Positions 34,901-49,900 of a stretch of 64,000 bases of DNA are shown piece by piece. The notes beneath the pieces were generated by a model. That model saw only the letters and a list, made by a program, of their open reading frames with translations. It did not search any database and was not told the origin of the DNA. Each line of letters starts with the position of its first letter. Position 1 is the first letter of the stretch. The DNA lies in contig JASCQW010000128.1 in the NCBI GenBank assembly GCA_030264375.1, positions 20,554,961 through 20,618,960 of the forward strand, given 5' to 3'. The translations under genes were made by a program, and so were the position numbers. The stretch is from Carcharhinus longimanus (Eukaryota).

Positions 34901-37900
34901 GAACAAATAAATCCAGTTCATGGATTGAGGTGATTTAGTGAACTTATTTTGTGAAATAAGTTTTGTTTCTCTTGCTGTTACTGCAACCATCTTCCAAATC
35001 GTTGGACAAAAGGGATATTTCACTGTTGTTGATCTCCCAGTACATTAGTAAAAGTACATTGATGCTCTCCTTCTCCAAAAACCATTCCCAGAAAGAAACC
35101 AATGTCTGATCCCTTTGCTGTTGGATTATTAAAAAAATTAAATGAAATAATTATGTATTCTGCAGTTGTTTCAATTATTTCGGGAAAATGAAAGTTCTTT
35201 GTAATCTGACACCAGTAGACTAATGGTTTCCTTAATTCTTTACAGAATATACGGATGATAATGCTTTAATCCCCAAGAATTCATCAGTTATTATAAAAAG
35301 AATTCCTATTGGAGGCGTGAAATCTGCAGGCAAAACATTTGTCATGTAAGTAGCTGCAATTTTTTCATGAAAAATATGCATGTTGACGGGTAGCATCGTT
35401 AGAGCTTGAGAATGATTGATGCATTTCAGAACTGAATGCCCTGTTGCTAATTGCTAAAATACAGTTCAGTCTTGTTCTTCAGTGGATGCTTGAGAAATGC
35501 GCTTCCACATTTAAATTGCTAGTCATAGGTTATGTAATTGTTATAGTGGAAGACAATGCACTCTGCAGTCCTTTCGTTCTTCATTTTTTGATGCGAATGA
35601 CAGCTGATAAGATCTTGAGTTTTGTGGCCAACAGTGCAATGTAGTTTATAGCTGACGATGCATTGCAGTATCTTAGTTCTGTAATGTATTATTATATCAA
35701 ATATTTTGAATGTGTGCACACATATGGTATTGTTTTGGAGGAAACAACAAAGGATGGTGATTGGTTTTAATGCAATTGCAAAATGCATAAAAATGTAGGA
35801 AGATAACTGATGTACTGCATTTCAGGGATGGCGTGCCTTGTGTGACTGATGAAACTGAGATTTGGTGCTGGAAAAGACCAGAATGGTGTCTCATTGCACT
35901 GTTGTCCATTATGTTCACCACCTTTCTCATTTCTGTAAGCCAAACAAACTTAGCTGATAACAGCCTAAGCTAAATCTGATTCATCAGGCAGACCTTGTTC
36001 CTTTTTGTGAGCAAGTCTGAGGTTATTACTGAAATATTACCAATAGATCGGACATCTCCAAGCTTTTAGCCAGTGTTATTTTGACTTCATGGGCTATTTG
36101 AGTCAATACATAGACCGTATGAAAAAGTTTACATAGTCCTGTTTGCATATGGCTTAAATTGCAGACTTAAACTGTATGTATTCCTAGTTAAGATGTANNN
36201 NNNNNNNNNNNNNNNNNNNNNNNNNNNNNNNNNNNNNNNNNNNNNNNNNNNNNNNNNNNNNNNNNNNNNNNNNNNNNNNNNNNNNNNNNNNNNNNNNTAG
36301 TTAAGATTTATCCATAAACAGTGCAGTCTTTCCAAACAAGAAGCATAATTCACAAATAAAACTGAGTTGTAAACCCTTGGGAACTGACAATGATCATTTT
36401 CTATAATCTCAATCTAATAACTTAATTTTCCTTCTGTTTTTGCCCTGCCCAAGCACCAGCACTTTCTAATGTCTGCATTCTTAGTTTGTCTCCTTCTAAA
36501 CTTGGCTAAATAAATGCAGCAGAGCCAAGACCATTTTTAAAATGTTTTTATACTATTGGGACTGTTGTGTGAATCTTAGATCAATTTTCTGGAAGTAATC
36601 GCTTGGCATAGCAGCTGCCTCTTGCAAAATTATAGCTCTGTGGAGGAGTACTTCAACATAATTATTGAATATCTCAAATGTATTTGCAGGCTAGTAATTC
36701 CTTAATGGGGGTATATTCTAACAATTCGAGAAGACGTACTGGGAAGAGTACAAAGGCATTTTATCACGATGTGTTAATCCAGAATAAACTAGTTCTGTCT
36801 CTACTACTTTGTATAAGAAGAGATGCAAAACTTAAGTTTGTTGAGTAAAAGTATTTGAAAAGTAACATTTGTAATCTTTTGTTCTTATTTCATTTCTCTT
36901 GCTACTCCCTGCATGTTAAATATAATACAGTATAATATTTTCAAATCTTGATATAGAAAGATCATGTTAATTCAAATTCTATTAATTCAGACCCCAGTAA
37001 CATAAGACTGGCAAATTGGGAATGGGCACCTCCAAGATCAGTGCTAAGACCACTGTTGTTCATCGATGCTAAATGATTTGAACTCTTGGAAGCACGATTT
37101 CAAGATTTTCAGATCATCCTAAATTGAAGGCGATGTTTAGGAGGACTGAGACAAAATACAGGAGAGTAAATGAACTTATGGAATGACATGTGAAGTATAA
37201 CTGACAGATGAACTTTATTGTAGAAAAGTGAGAGGTAGTATGATGGGGTAGTGAGGACCAGGAGATCACATAATCTTTGGAAGATAAGTATCTACAAGGA
37301 ATTTGGAACTACAGTTACACAAATTAACAACAATTAAAATCATAAACAAATCAAGCACTGGAGTTCATTTCTACAGGGGTAGAATTGAAAAGCAGAGAAG
37401 GTTATTAGAAGCTTGATTAGACAATACATTCAGGAAAGATTCAACTTAAAGGTGACTTGATTGAAGCTTTTGAAAATTATGTAAGGGTTTCTTAGGGTAG
37501 ACATAGAGAAAGTGCTCTCATTTGCAGGTGAAAACAGAACTAGGTGCCATAAATACGCCTCTAGTGAATTCAGGAGACACTTATTTACGAATTATAGTGG
37601 GACTGTGAAACTTGCTATCACAAGAATAGTTGAGACAAATAGCATTGATACGTATGAAGGGAAGCTGGATATAAACCTGAGGGAGAAAGGTATGAAAGGG
37701 GTAGATCAAGTAGGATGGGAGGAGACTTGGGTGGAGCATGAACGCTAGGATGGACCTGTTGGCAGAGTGGCCATTTTCTATGCTGTACTAAGTATCTGTG
37801 TGATAAAGAACCTTGCTGGCATTCCTGTGCAATACAGTAGACGCTTGGTTCTTTTGGTATAACGTATTTTGTTGGTTCTTAGTATTTGACTTAATTTAGT

Positions 37901-40900
37901 TACAACGAGGTACATTTAGACATCCAATTATAAAAGCAAAATACTTCAGATACTAGAAATGTGAAAAGAAACAAAATGCTGGAAATACACAGCAGTTAGA
38001 AGGTTATCAATCTGAAATCTTAGCTCTTTGCATAGATTCCCAACCTGTTGAGTATTTCTAGCATCTTATGTTTTCATTTCAAAGCAAGAAAATTCATCTT
38101 TAATGCTGATGTGTTAATGTTGATCTTATGAATCTAAGTGCATACTCTTTAAACTTGAGGCATTCATAGAAATTGTCTAACAAGTGATGTGTTGCTTCTA
38201 AATATTTTTCCTGCCCATTTTTTGCACTTATAATATTCAGTATTGAATTAAGTGTAAATATCAAAGCAGGAATTAAATGACTTGGAATCGAGTAGGCTAA
38301 TACAAGACTAGCATTTGTATGTATTCTGTTTCGAATGTCCAATAGCATTTCAGGTACAAGATATATCTACAAATGTGTTAATTGTGTGCACAGCAAGATC
38401 CCACAAAAGCAATGAGATGGTTGACTACTAATCTGTTATTTGCTAAAGAGGAAAAGATGTGTTAGGATGTGTCTTTGACAAGATGTAATGGCATTGTGAA
38501 CATCCACACTCGCCTGAATGCTCAATTGAGTGCTCAAATCCTAGAATTTTGATTTAAAGAACACTAATTACATTTAGTATCTCCTGCTTGGGTCAGTGGA
38601 ATTGCTACAAGTGGTTTCAGGGCAGAAGATTATGTCAACTTTTTTTTATTATTTTGAGCTCTAAACGTGAATGTCAGGATGACTGTTGTCAATACACAAG
38701 TTAGATTAACTTCTATCAGTTTGTAGAATTATTTTTATGCTCCATGAGTTGACTGTATTGCGTATGGATCTGTCATAGGTGCTAGATTTTACTGGTGTTT
38801 GACTTCAAAACTACTTAATATCAGAATATATTGTGTAATTATCCATCAGACAAATGCATTCAATCAAGATGATGAGGCAAGATGGAACACTGACTTTTTT
38901 TGGTTAGGACTAACACCTGAATCATTGTACTTTTTTCGAGGCCATACGATTTGTGGCTATTTTGAAACTGCATTTTGGCTATTCATTTTTTTCATTCATA
39001 AGTAATCCCTCAAGATTTCTCAAGCCCATAGTTGGAACATTGGTGATTCATTATTGAAAGATTCTGTAGTTTTGTGGTTACGCATTGCCTGTAAATGATG
39101 CTTTCTTCCTCTTCACCATCTTGTTGTTTCTACATATATTTATGTTTATCTTGTGAATGCACAGACACATGACTGTAACATCTTTACAAACTGTATTCTA
39201 CTTTTCAGAGATCGTTCTGAACCAGCAAGTGGAACATCGAAAGCAGTATGTAAAACAAAAATACAATCTGAACCTTTTTCTATTCTTGATTTTGTTACAT
39301 CTAAGTTGCTATTTTTAAATGATAACCATTAGACAATGTCAATTCTTTTTAAAATAGTTTTTAAGTGCAATGCATAAACTTAAGTATACCATGATACACA
39401 CCTTACCAGGGTTTGTTTTGTAATGCCTACTAAAATGCATTCGTCATATATTAAAATATTGATGGATAATCTTTAGAAATAATTGCCCATATCTGCACAT
39501 ATTATCTGTATGTGTGACCTAATAGTGGTGCAATATAATGCACTGTATTTCACATTGAAAATGCTAGTTAATTTCTGTATGACTCAAATGTTGTACAGAT
39601 CAGTGTATGATCATTTTCGGAGCTTGTGGTTCAACGGTCTACTATGGTGAACATGAAAGTGTTCATGTGATGTCTGTCTTTATTTAGTATTACATGTGTA
39701 TAGGCTATGTGCATTCTGTTTATTCAAATAAAGAATGTTTGAAGTGTATTATCTTCCATTTCACATTGTATCACTCAACTTTTTATGATTTAATAGTTAT
39801 GAAACAGGTTTCTTTACACTATGATAAGGCACATGACAAATCCACATTAGACTCTAGCACTTTTTGGATATGAAGCAGCTGTTGAATTTGTGCAGTTCTA
39901 ACACTTTCTTCCTCTAACTTTTTTCCATAACAGCACTTTTTCTTAAACTTTGAGCTCAAACAAACTAAAATTTGACAAATATCACTAAATAACAGGAATA
40001 TTCAATCCTTCTGTTAATTTTCTTTTTCTGGTTACAGAACTTTGCAAATAATGGAAGTCAGTAGGCTTTTGTGGTGCTACTTAAACTGGTATATTTTTAT
40101 GTCTGTATTGGTAATAAACTATTCCATACCGTATGTACATGATTTTTCAGTTGCACACCACAGAAATCCCCTGATTTGTCAATTTAAAGTTTAATTCTGG
40201 CTGTTTTGACCTTCTGTGTTACCTTCTGAAGTAAAAGTTGAATACCTTTTGTTTGAGCCCTTTTAATAAAACGTATTTCCCAAAAAAATAAACTTTCATG
40301 TTATGTGCTAATGAGGCATACTAAGAATTTGAATGTCAACTTAATTATGGATGTAGCCAGTTAATATCAACACGAAATGTTTGGTATGGTTTTGAATCTC
40401 CACATTTAGAAAAATTGAAAAGTAGCTTGCAAATTCTGTTTAATTCTCCTCATGTCCATAAAACTGCTTTTGTGGGCTTGTTCTGCATTTTTGGAAGGTA
40501 CAACGTAGCTGAAAGAGACTGTTGAAAGAGCTGGTCTCTGCCATGCCATCCACCTTGTTAAAACAGATATCAGTCCAATTTACAGTAAAAATGACAGGCT
40601 TTCTGTTACAGCCCATGTAAATTCCTGATTATAGAATGAAGCCTTTTCTGTCTTTTACTCTGCTGAGAATTGATGCTGCTTTTTTTTTAAGAGGCTTAGC
40701 TATGTGCTTCTGTTTTAAAAGTACCTAGCATCTACTTATGAATGTGCTTTAAACATCAATAAATTATAGCTAAGGGTTAAATGAATTCTACCTTGGGGGT
40801 GGTGAGAGGTGGATTGTGCAGTATGAATAACGGAAGTTACATACAAATTGCAGAGAGATTTCTGAGCTCTGTATATGTCAAATGATTTCCACAGATTCTG

Positions 40901-43900
40901 ATCATGACCTTGATCAAGATGCAGTGAGGTTGTGTTTTAACAAATTTGTGACCTGGCTGATCAGAGCAATGGATGCTGACATTTCTTTTAAAAATCAAGA
41001 GATGTAGTTAGTGTAAACAAGCAGAATCAGCTCCGTTAAGTGATCTTTATCCACTGACTGTATAAGCAGATGGGTGCAGTTGTCTCCATTATAGGTATGA
41101 AAAGAAAAATGGTCTAAAATGATTAACCATGATGAAGTATTTTAATGAGTTCCCATATTCTTAGCCCTCCTGCCACAAAACAAGTGATAGTGTAGGTAAC
41201 CTTATCAAATAGAAGTGTAGATTCTTGACGCACTGTCACAAAAAACATGACATTTTGGCATTTATATAGCTTATCTTGTTGAGTCTTGAAAGGAGTTTCT
41301 GAAGTGAGGTGACTGTTGAGAATGCCACTGCAACAGCCATTTTACAACAACGTCCACAAACAGCACCAGAATGAATGACCGATGATTTTTTTAAATTGAT
41401 GGTTGAAGGAGAAATGTTGGTTAGGATCTGAACTCCCTATTCTTAATTGTGTCTTGCAATCTTCAAGTATTTGCCTCAATCACTGGAGCAGGTACCTTGC
41501 TTTAATATTTTATCTGAAGGATATGATCTAAACACAAAATTAAAAATTAGACTACCTCTCAAAGGACCAGCTGCTCATTTTTAACGTTAGCACAATTCAC
41601 AAAAGAATGGATGAAGTAGTATTGAAATCACTCTGGACTGACAATGTTACAGGTTGCTCTGGTATTTGACTAAAATCATTGAGAATGAACATGGTAAGCC
41701 CTCTGCAATCTTGAGTTTGGAACATTTGTTCCATTTAATTCTATTGACAGTAACTCTTTGGCTAAGAATGGGGAGAAAGTAACCTTACACATTACTGCAC
41801 TTCCATGTTTGGAAGTGCGCTGGATGCACACTTAAACACAAGAACAGGTTTGCATTTATCAAATTTGGAAGTCTTTTTTTGCACTAATAATGAGGTACCT
41901 AATGCTTTGCATTAAGCAATGTAAATCAGCCAAGTGGAAATTTAGTGTTTAAAAAATTGATCGGATAATTTGAGTGTCGATTGTATGCAGATTTTTGCAG
42001 TTTGTAACAATCTTAAAACGGCTTTAATCTCAAAGAAAGGACTGGCCATTGAGAAGTTTATCATGGACTCTTCTACTTAAACTAAAATATTAGGATAACA
42101 AATTTATACAATAGTTTAAATCTTTGATCATAATCTATCATGTAACTTAATTCATTAGCTTGCCTTGTACCACAATTGACTTTTTGTATAAATACTGTAC
42201 TGAATGTCTAAACTACTTAGTGCTGTAATTATAGAGCATGCCCTCAGTAATAAATGATAATTGCTAAATATCTGACTACTTGATATTTTGTAGCAGTAGG
42301 GTATTAATGGTGTACTTTGATACTCTTAATTTTCCCCTAATCTGACAACATTTATCTTTAGCTATTGGACATGTCAGGTTTCCCATTTATATTTCAACAT
42401 TCATAATGCTAATATTCAGTAACTGCCACTCAATAATGTTTAACTCATTTGTCACATAGTTATTCCACTGTTTTCCATTTTGATTGTCTTAATCTGTTTC
42501 TCTTTATTCACATTTTCTGCTGTTTTTGAATTCATAGTTTTCCTTCATTCTGTTTTGTCAAGTTTTATCCTTTTGCTCATGGAAGCAGCAAGGGAAGGCA
42601 AGAGAAAGAGGTTACAGACCTAGTTACCAGACTGCAGGGAAAGCTAAGCGAGGTCAGTGTTTAGCTGTGGTAATGGGATATACAAACATACTAAGTAGGA
42701 TTTTTATTGTATAAACAGAAAAGATAGATGGGTTTCACTGCAAGAAAGTTTTTAAATCCTCATTTAAGACCATCTATTTTTTAAAAAACAAATGTTTCAT
42801 GCCATTACCCACATGCAAGCCTTTTATTATCTTTTAATTCATGTGCTATTCCATTTACAAACTGCTTCCTGCCAACTCATTTTACTTCCTGAAACTTAAA
42901 TCATTAATGTATATTTTTTAAAGATGAGTGTGTTAAAAATGTTATGAAACTGGTGAAATTTGATACTTCATCTAAACCCCTAAAGTATTCCATTAACATG
43001 TGACGTTCCCCCACTCTTTGTTTGGCTTATTGTTTTTAATTGGCTGTAATGTGGTACAAAAGAGTAGTGTGGTAGCTTTTCTTTCAGCAGGCACTCTGCG
43101 TCTGCTTAGTGTCCGTCAACAGGAATATGCATATGACAGACAAATCAGCAGTAACAGCCATCAATGCACAAAGCCCACGTCATGCTTCTTAGTAGTGTGG
43201 AACTTAGCACCCTCATGTTCCATTGACAATGCTATTGTCATAGGCTAAGTTCTTAAAATCTGAAGATGTGCACATTAGCGATGGCAAAAGATTCAGTAAA
43301 TTAACTAATCAGTTACTAAACAGTTGGTCAATATATAAACTGCTTAAACTCTGCCACTTGAAAAGGCTCTTTTAATCTCTCATCTCAGTAAAGAAATAAA
43401 TAAATTTATATATCCACTTTCAGTTCTTGGAGCACCTGTGTTTAGATCCAATTAATTAACTTGCATGTAGACACTGATCCATAGGGTAAATGCAAGACCC
43501 AATTTACACACAGCACAGTCCCACAAAATTTTAACTTGAGTGACCAAATACTCTGATATTGATAGTGGAGGAAATGTTGACCAAAACGCCTGAAAGTGTC
43601 CTGCTTTTGAATGGCACTGTGGAGTATTTTTGCATCCATCTCCATGTGAATTTCTTGTATGTATTCTTTGCAGGCAGAATTCTGCAATCTTTATTCATCT
43701 CAAAACTATTAGCCCTCAAAACCTTGAAGTTTTTTTGGGATGTTGATTTTAACAGGGCAATAGGCCTGTTGTGCTATCATTTGGTCTTCAAGATTGAATT
43801 GCTGAGGCCTGAAGCCATTCTTTTCAGTTCTATTGTATGCAAAATTTTAAATATTCAAGTACCATGTACCAGAGGAAACTTGCTTCTCCAGTTACTTTTG

Positions 43901-46900
43901 AGATAGTGTAGCTGGTCCAAATAGCTAAATGACTCAGTGTGGGTTAGATGATACTGTAAATGGCTGGCTGAATTGGAGCATTTTAGGTGGTCTTAGAAAT
44001 AAATTATTTTAGGCAACTAGAAATGAGCTGCCTGATTTGAAATCCAGGTTTCAAATTTGATGTGTTTGCTAATTTTTGGAATCCGTGGCTTGATGACACT
44101 CCAGTAGCAATTGGCAATCTTACCTATGTGGGGCAGGTGTTTAACTGATTTTTCAGTATCAGCCAATGCATTCCATATCCACAATATATGACATTACAAT
44201 AATAGGAATAATGCAGATTGTTGAGCTAAATCTACTGAATTATCAGGCATTTACATATTCAGTATAAAGGCACTAAAAATGTTTAATTTCCTATTTACGT
44301 GCAATGGTCGCAGTTATGTTACAGCCTTGCACTGTTCCCCAAGCCAGCCACTGAACCTAAAATCAATATTGAGTAGCTTGTAAGTTGAGTACCATTTATA
44401 GAGAGATTGTATTCTAAGTAATTCATTAGGGTTTAATATAATTTATCAAGACTTTGGTTGACTGAAATTGTTGGTTTACTCTGGAATGAAGAATTGAATG
44501 GATTATACTGCATAGAATTATCACTATATGCTTGCACAACTGACCAAAAGTTACGTGCTACAGAGTAATTAAGTATTTTTTTATCCCAAGCTGTCCTTTT
44601 TTTTAAATATGTCTAAGCACTGTACAGCTGGATAAATAGTTTACCCACTGCTCATCAACAAGCCATCATGGAAATATTTAAAATGTACGCAAGGTAGAAT
44701 TCGCTTGTGTCTGTAGTGGGGTGGGGATGGTAGTTGTGGGCAATTCGTTTCCACGTGGCCAGTTAGTGTCTATAAAGATTTTTTTAAAAATCATCAATGT
44801 CAGCCTTATGACCTTTAACCGTAAATCCTAGGCTGCTCAGTTACATGCCTAGAAAACCATTGAACTAGCATAATATGAACATGGTTATAAAAATGGCTTT
44901 TGTGCAGCAAAAATTGAATAAAGCCACAGGCAAGTTTTGAAATTGCTTCTAACTTGTAAATCTTTTTTCTGACAGTAGCAAGGTTTCCAAGTTAAGCAGA
45001 GGATTTTCCCTTTCAAATATCAGAACTTTTTTTAATCTTTGAAGCCTTGAGTACAGTACTTGAGCACAAAACAGAATAGAGAAACATAACAGTTTTGAGG
45101 TGAGGAGAATATCTCCTTTGGCCATTACTCTCAGCATAGTTATATTAAGATCCTTCTTGTTCAATTTGCCTAAATAAATCTTTTTTAAAAACAGTATAGT
45201 TTACCCAACTTTTCATTTTGCAAAGGTAATGAATGCCATTATTCTTGCAAGTGTGGTTGACTCCCATTTCCTGAACACTTTTCTGTAGCTGTGACTTTTC
45301 TGTTCACACACTTATAAAGACACTGTTTGAGAACTTGTCTTACCTGTTGAATATTGTGTTATTCTTCGTTGTTTAAACTTGGCTGCTACCAGATTTTTCT
45401 CAATTTTATATTCACTTTCAGTAACTCATTTTGACACACTCTAAAGTTGCTTTTATAACCATGCTGCAATGGCAGTCTCCAACAGATAAGTTTCATGTAG
45501 CAAGCAGCAACTTGTGGTAAATATGTTGGGATTAGTAAATCAGACTTCCTGTTGCTGCTTTTGAAAATTCCAAAAACACCGACTGCAGCAGTTGCGCGCA
45601 CATTGTATATCAGAATCCAGTGATATACATTTGGGCAGCACATTGTACGAAAGTAGCTGTAGTAAAACTATTTGCTTAAAAGTTGTGGGGCGGGGGGGGA
45701 AAAGAACTCCTCCCTTATCTTTGTGAAGGCTATAATGTTCTCCCAATGCAATCTAATTTTTGTGTAGGTAAAATGACAGGGGCAACCCTATGTGAATATT
45801 AGGCCATAAGCAGTTTTTTTGAGTACAGTGATGCTCTAAATGTTGTCTATTGCGTGGTTCCAATACAATTTAGAGTTTAATTACCCATCAACAGTGTTAC
45901 ATATGTTACTAATGCTGGATAAGAATGCTAGCCAGAGATGTAAACCAACAAGTCTTCTCGTGGTATTGTTAACACTTGAGTTGCAAGTGATGATGAACAG
46001 CTTTGTTTAGAGGTTGGGTAGTATTTTGAGGAGGTGGATGAGATGGGGGCAGGGAGTGTCACAATTGGATAATTCTATTCATTTTAGGTGAGCAATGGAA
46101 TGTCATTTACACCATATTAACAATGTGCCCTCAGTACAGTTTGAAGTATAAATGAGATATAGAATAAAAATCCCTCTGTGCTGTCCCAGCAAGATACTCA
46201 ATCCTGCTGTTACATATGTGAGCCCTCAGTATCACCTTTTTATATGTCTCTTGTTAATCTGGGAGAAGCGCATGCATTAGTAAATGGTGCTCAAATTTGG
46301 AAAATTGTTGAGGGGATGTGGCCCTTTTTATTTCCATCAAGTGGATTCGGATCACTTGGACTGGAGTTGAAATATTGGATCAAAACCATTCAACAGCATT
46401 AACAGATCTGTGTTTGCTTTTGTCCTTGAATTCCAAGCCCAAGGAGGAAACTAACCTAAACCCAATAAAAGCTGTTTAAGTCCAACAAAGAGGAGCTTTC
46501 ATGTGAAATTCCTGTACAGTATATGCATCCTTAATTACTACATTGTCATGGTACTTGGGGAGTTGTGTTGTGAATAATAGGATTTGATTGCCAGTTATCA
46601 ACTGTCACTGTTCCTTTAAGAGAATGAAACAGAATTGCACAGAAAAGGAGTCTGGAATATCTTTTACCACATTTGTATCAATGTATCCAGAACTTATACA
46701 TAGCTTTTTAAGCTCGGACTGGGGTTTTTTACTACCCTGTATATGTCCTGGTTCAAAAAAATACTTTTTTTTTGAGGAGTGGCAAAAATTTGCTTTTGTC
46801 AATCCACATAATTTCAGTTGGGTGTATACACAGTCCACTATTTTAAACACAATCATAGAAATTGGCTGCCCTGAAACCACCAATTCAAGCTATTAAGTCC

Positions 46901-49900
46901 TTGTGGAATGTTTTTCTGTGAGGCAGCTCATCCAAATCCACTTTCCTCACTCTGCATATCCTTTTTTTCGAACTACTATCTAAATCTTTTAAGAGAATTT
47001 GTAGACTTTGCTACAGCAATGGTTGATGGCCACTCTCTACCATCCCTATATGTAAATTGTACTAATTTTTTAAAATGTTCTCCCTCGTAGCCATCTCTGT
47101 AATGCATAGAAACACTGACTTTTAATTCATTGTCCTGAAGTATTCTACCAAATCTGTCCTTCAAGTTTGAGGTCTGGGGGAAAATTAATTTAGTTCAATT
47201 TTCTCAGGGCAGTTATCTGGGTAACTTCCTTGTGCACTTTTGCTATACACCCATTTTATTCTTTGTGAATCCTTCCTATATTTGGATATCCAAAACTGGG
47301 TGAGAATTGTTGTAAAGAGCTGTTCTTTGCCCTGTTGTCTGAATAAACCCAAGGCTAAGATTCCTTCAAATCAAAAAATAGTCAAAGTTCAAATTTTAAG
47401 TTTATACGTGACCCTCAAAACTCTTTTCTATGTACCTTTTGTAGTTAACAGAGACCAAACCTTGGGAGCCCCTGATGCAGGACTTAATGAAGCATCGATC
47501 CAAATTAAGTTAGAAATGATTGAAAATTGAGACAGAATGTTGTCTCCACAGATGCTGTCAGACCTGCTGAGATTTTCCAGCATTTTCTGTTTTTGTTTCA
47601 GATACCAGCATCTCCTTAATTTACTTTCATGTTAAAAACAATTCTGATTTAAGTTCAACTTTGAATTTCATTGTACAAATTAACAAGTGCTGGAATTGAA
47701 AGCTGTTTTGTGGGTTTTTGCCTACTCCCACTTAGTCAATTAATACATTCCTTAGTTATCATCGTAGTAAGCTTTTGTTTTGCTAAACGCTGGAGATGGA
47801 GAAAGCAATGACAACAAAGCATTTTTGCAAAAATTGGTCCTCTTCTAAAATGTTCCCATGGTTGTAAACAGAATCCAAGGGTGCAACATGAGTTAAAATT
47901 TCCTTTCCATAATAAATGCATACATATCTTCCATGAGTGTATCCTGTTAACCTTTACAGGAATACTGGCAGATTAGATTAAAAATATGGCTGAATGACAG
48001 GAAACAGGATACTGGTGAACAGTTTTTCCAGGCAGGAGGAATGTTGCAATTGATTCACATTAATGACCTAGACTTGGATCTGTGGAGCACAATTGCACAA
48101 TTTGCAGATGAGGCAAAACTTGTAAGTATTGTGAATTGTAAGGAGGTTAGTGATAGACTTGGAGAGAACAGACTTGTGAATGGGTGCAAGATGAAATTCA
48201 ATGCAAAGAAGTGTGAAGTGATGTATTTTGGTAGAAAGAATGGAAGAGGCAATCTAAGAGCACAATTCAAAAGGAATGCAGGAACAGAAAGATCTGGGAT
48301 ATATGCGCACAAATTGTTAAAAGGTGGCAGGATAGCTAAGAGGCATATGGGATACTGCACTTACTAAACTAAAGCATAACTTATAGGAGAAATTATGCTC
48401 TGATAGACCTTTATAAAAGACTGCTTCAGGTTCAACTTCAACCAGAAATTCTGGGCACTATACTTCTGGCAGGATGTGAAGGCTTTACAGCAGGTGCAAA
48501 AAAGATTTACAAAAATAAATGTAATTAGGTGAGAGACTTTAGTTATGAGAATAGATTGCAGAAGCTGGAGGCTTTCTTCTTCGAACAAAATTGATTGTCA
48601 GCACTGAGATAGAAACTGTTCCCATTGGAAAAGTCAAGAACCTGAGGACATTAATTTAAGATGAATAGAAAAAGAACTAACAACATGAGGAAAATATTTT
48701 TACAGAGAATTTGTAATGTCACATACACCAATTGGTAATGATACAACGACTTCTATTTTTGCTCCAGAGTTAGTGCTGCCACTGCAAAAGAACACAATTG
48801 ATTACAAAAATATTTATTCTTCATTCCAGAGAAGGCATTTGCGATGTACTCATTCTGTTGCTATTAACACAAAGGACATACTCTTCCCTCATAATCTGTG
48901 AACAAGATCACAGAACATTGACTTGTACTGAATTATGGAATTAGGAAGGCATAGTACCAGGAAATGAGTAATGCAGTAGTATCAGGAAACAACATATACA
49001 GGACAATACCTGTAGGGTAAATCTGTTCTTTTGTTCAGAGGTCACGCAGCATTGTTTTCTATTCAAGTGAATTTGTGTATCATGGCAGAAAAGGCTTTCA
49101 CTATATTTGAGAAATGGAATGAAGAGAGGAAACATGGTTACTAGTCTGCTCCATTGTGCACAATGCAAATTGTGTATTAAGAGCAAGTACCATCCTGAGT
49201 AAGCAGCATCCTTGTATACAACTTCCCACTATCAGTGAAGGTTTGTAGGCGTAGATTATTTGGTTTGTCATACCTTTCCAAGATGCCACCACCTTTCAGC
49301 CTCACTTTTGTGATATTTTGGTTATGACAAACTCAATTCATAAATACTTAATGATTTTGTAAGTTAAACTTGATGTTACCAAAATATTTGAATTTACTAA
49401 CTGAAAATTGAGTGATTTCATTGCACTCCATCGATACAAGTATTTGAGGTAATTTTGAATTTTGCATTTCTTAAACGCTATTGTCATCGTCACATCCTTA
49501 GCAGTTCAAGATTGTGCTCAACACATGGAGCTGATATTTTGCCCCCCACCCATATTAACCACAATTTTGGAAACAATGTTTAAACTTGATGCAAGATTAT
49601 TTTCATTCCTTTTTTTCCTCTCATTTCATATACCTTTTCTACAAATATTTAAAATCCTTTTGTCAGTTTTGTTCTGTGTTGCAATGGCACTTCTTAGAGT
49701 TGAGCTCATACCGTTATTCATCTGTTCATCTATTAAAGTACAGTCTGAATCCAAAATTTGTATTTAAGAACATTTCATTGTAGTGTGAATTATCTTTTGT
49801 AATGTTTTCCCATCCCAGCACACACAGACGCAATGCATGTACATTAGTGATGCACATTATAAAATAATGTCGATTCAGGTGAGTTTGTTACTAAAATTAA

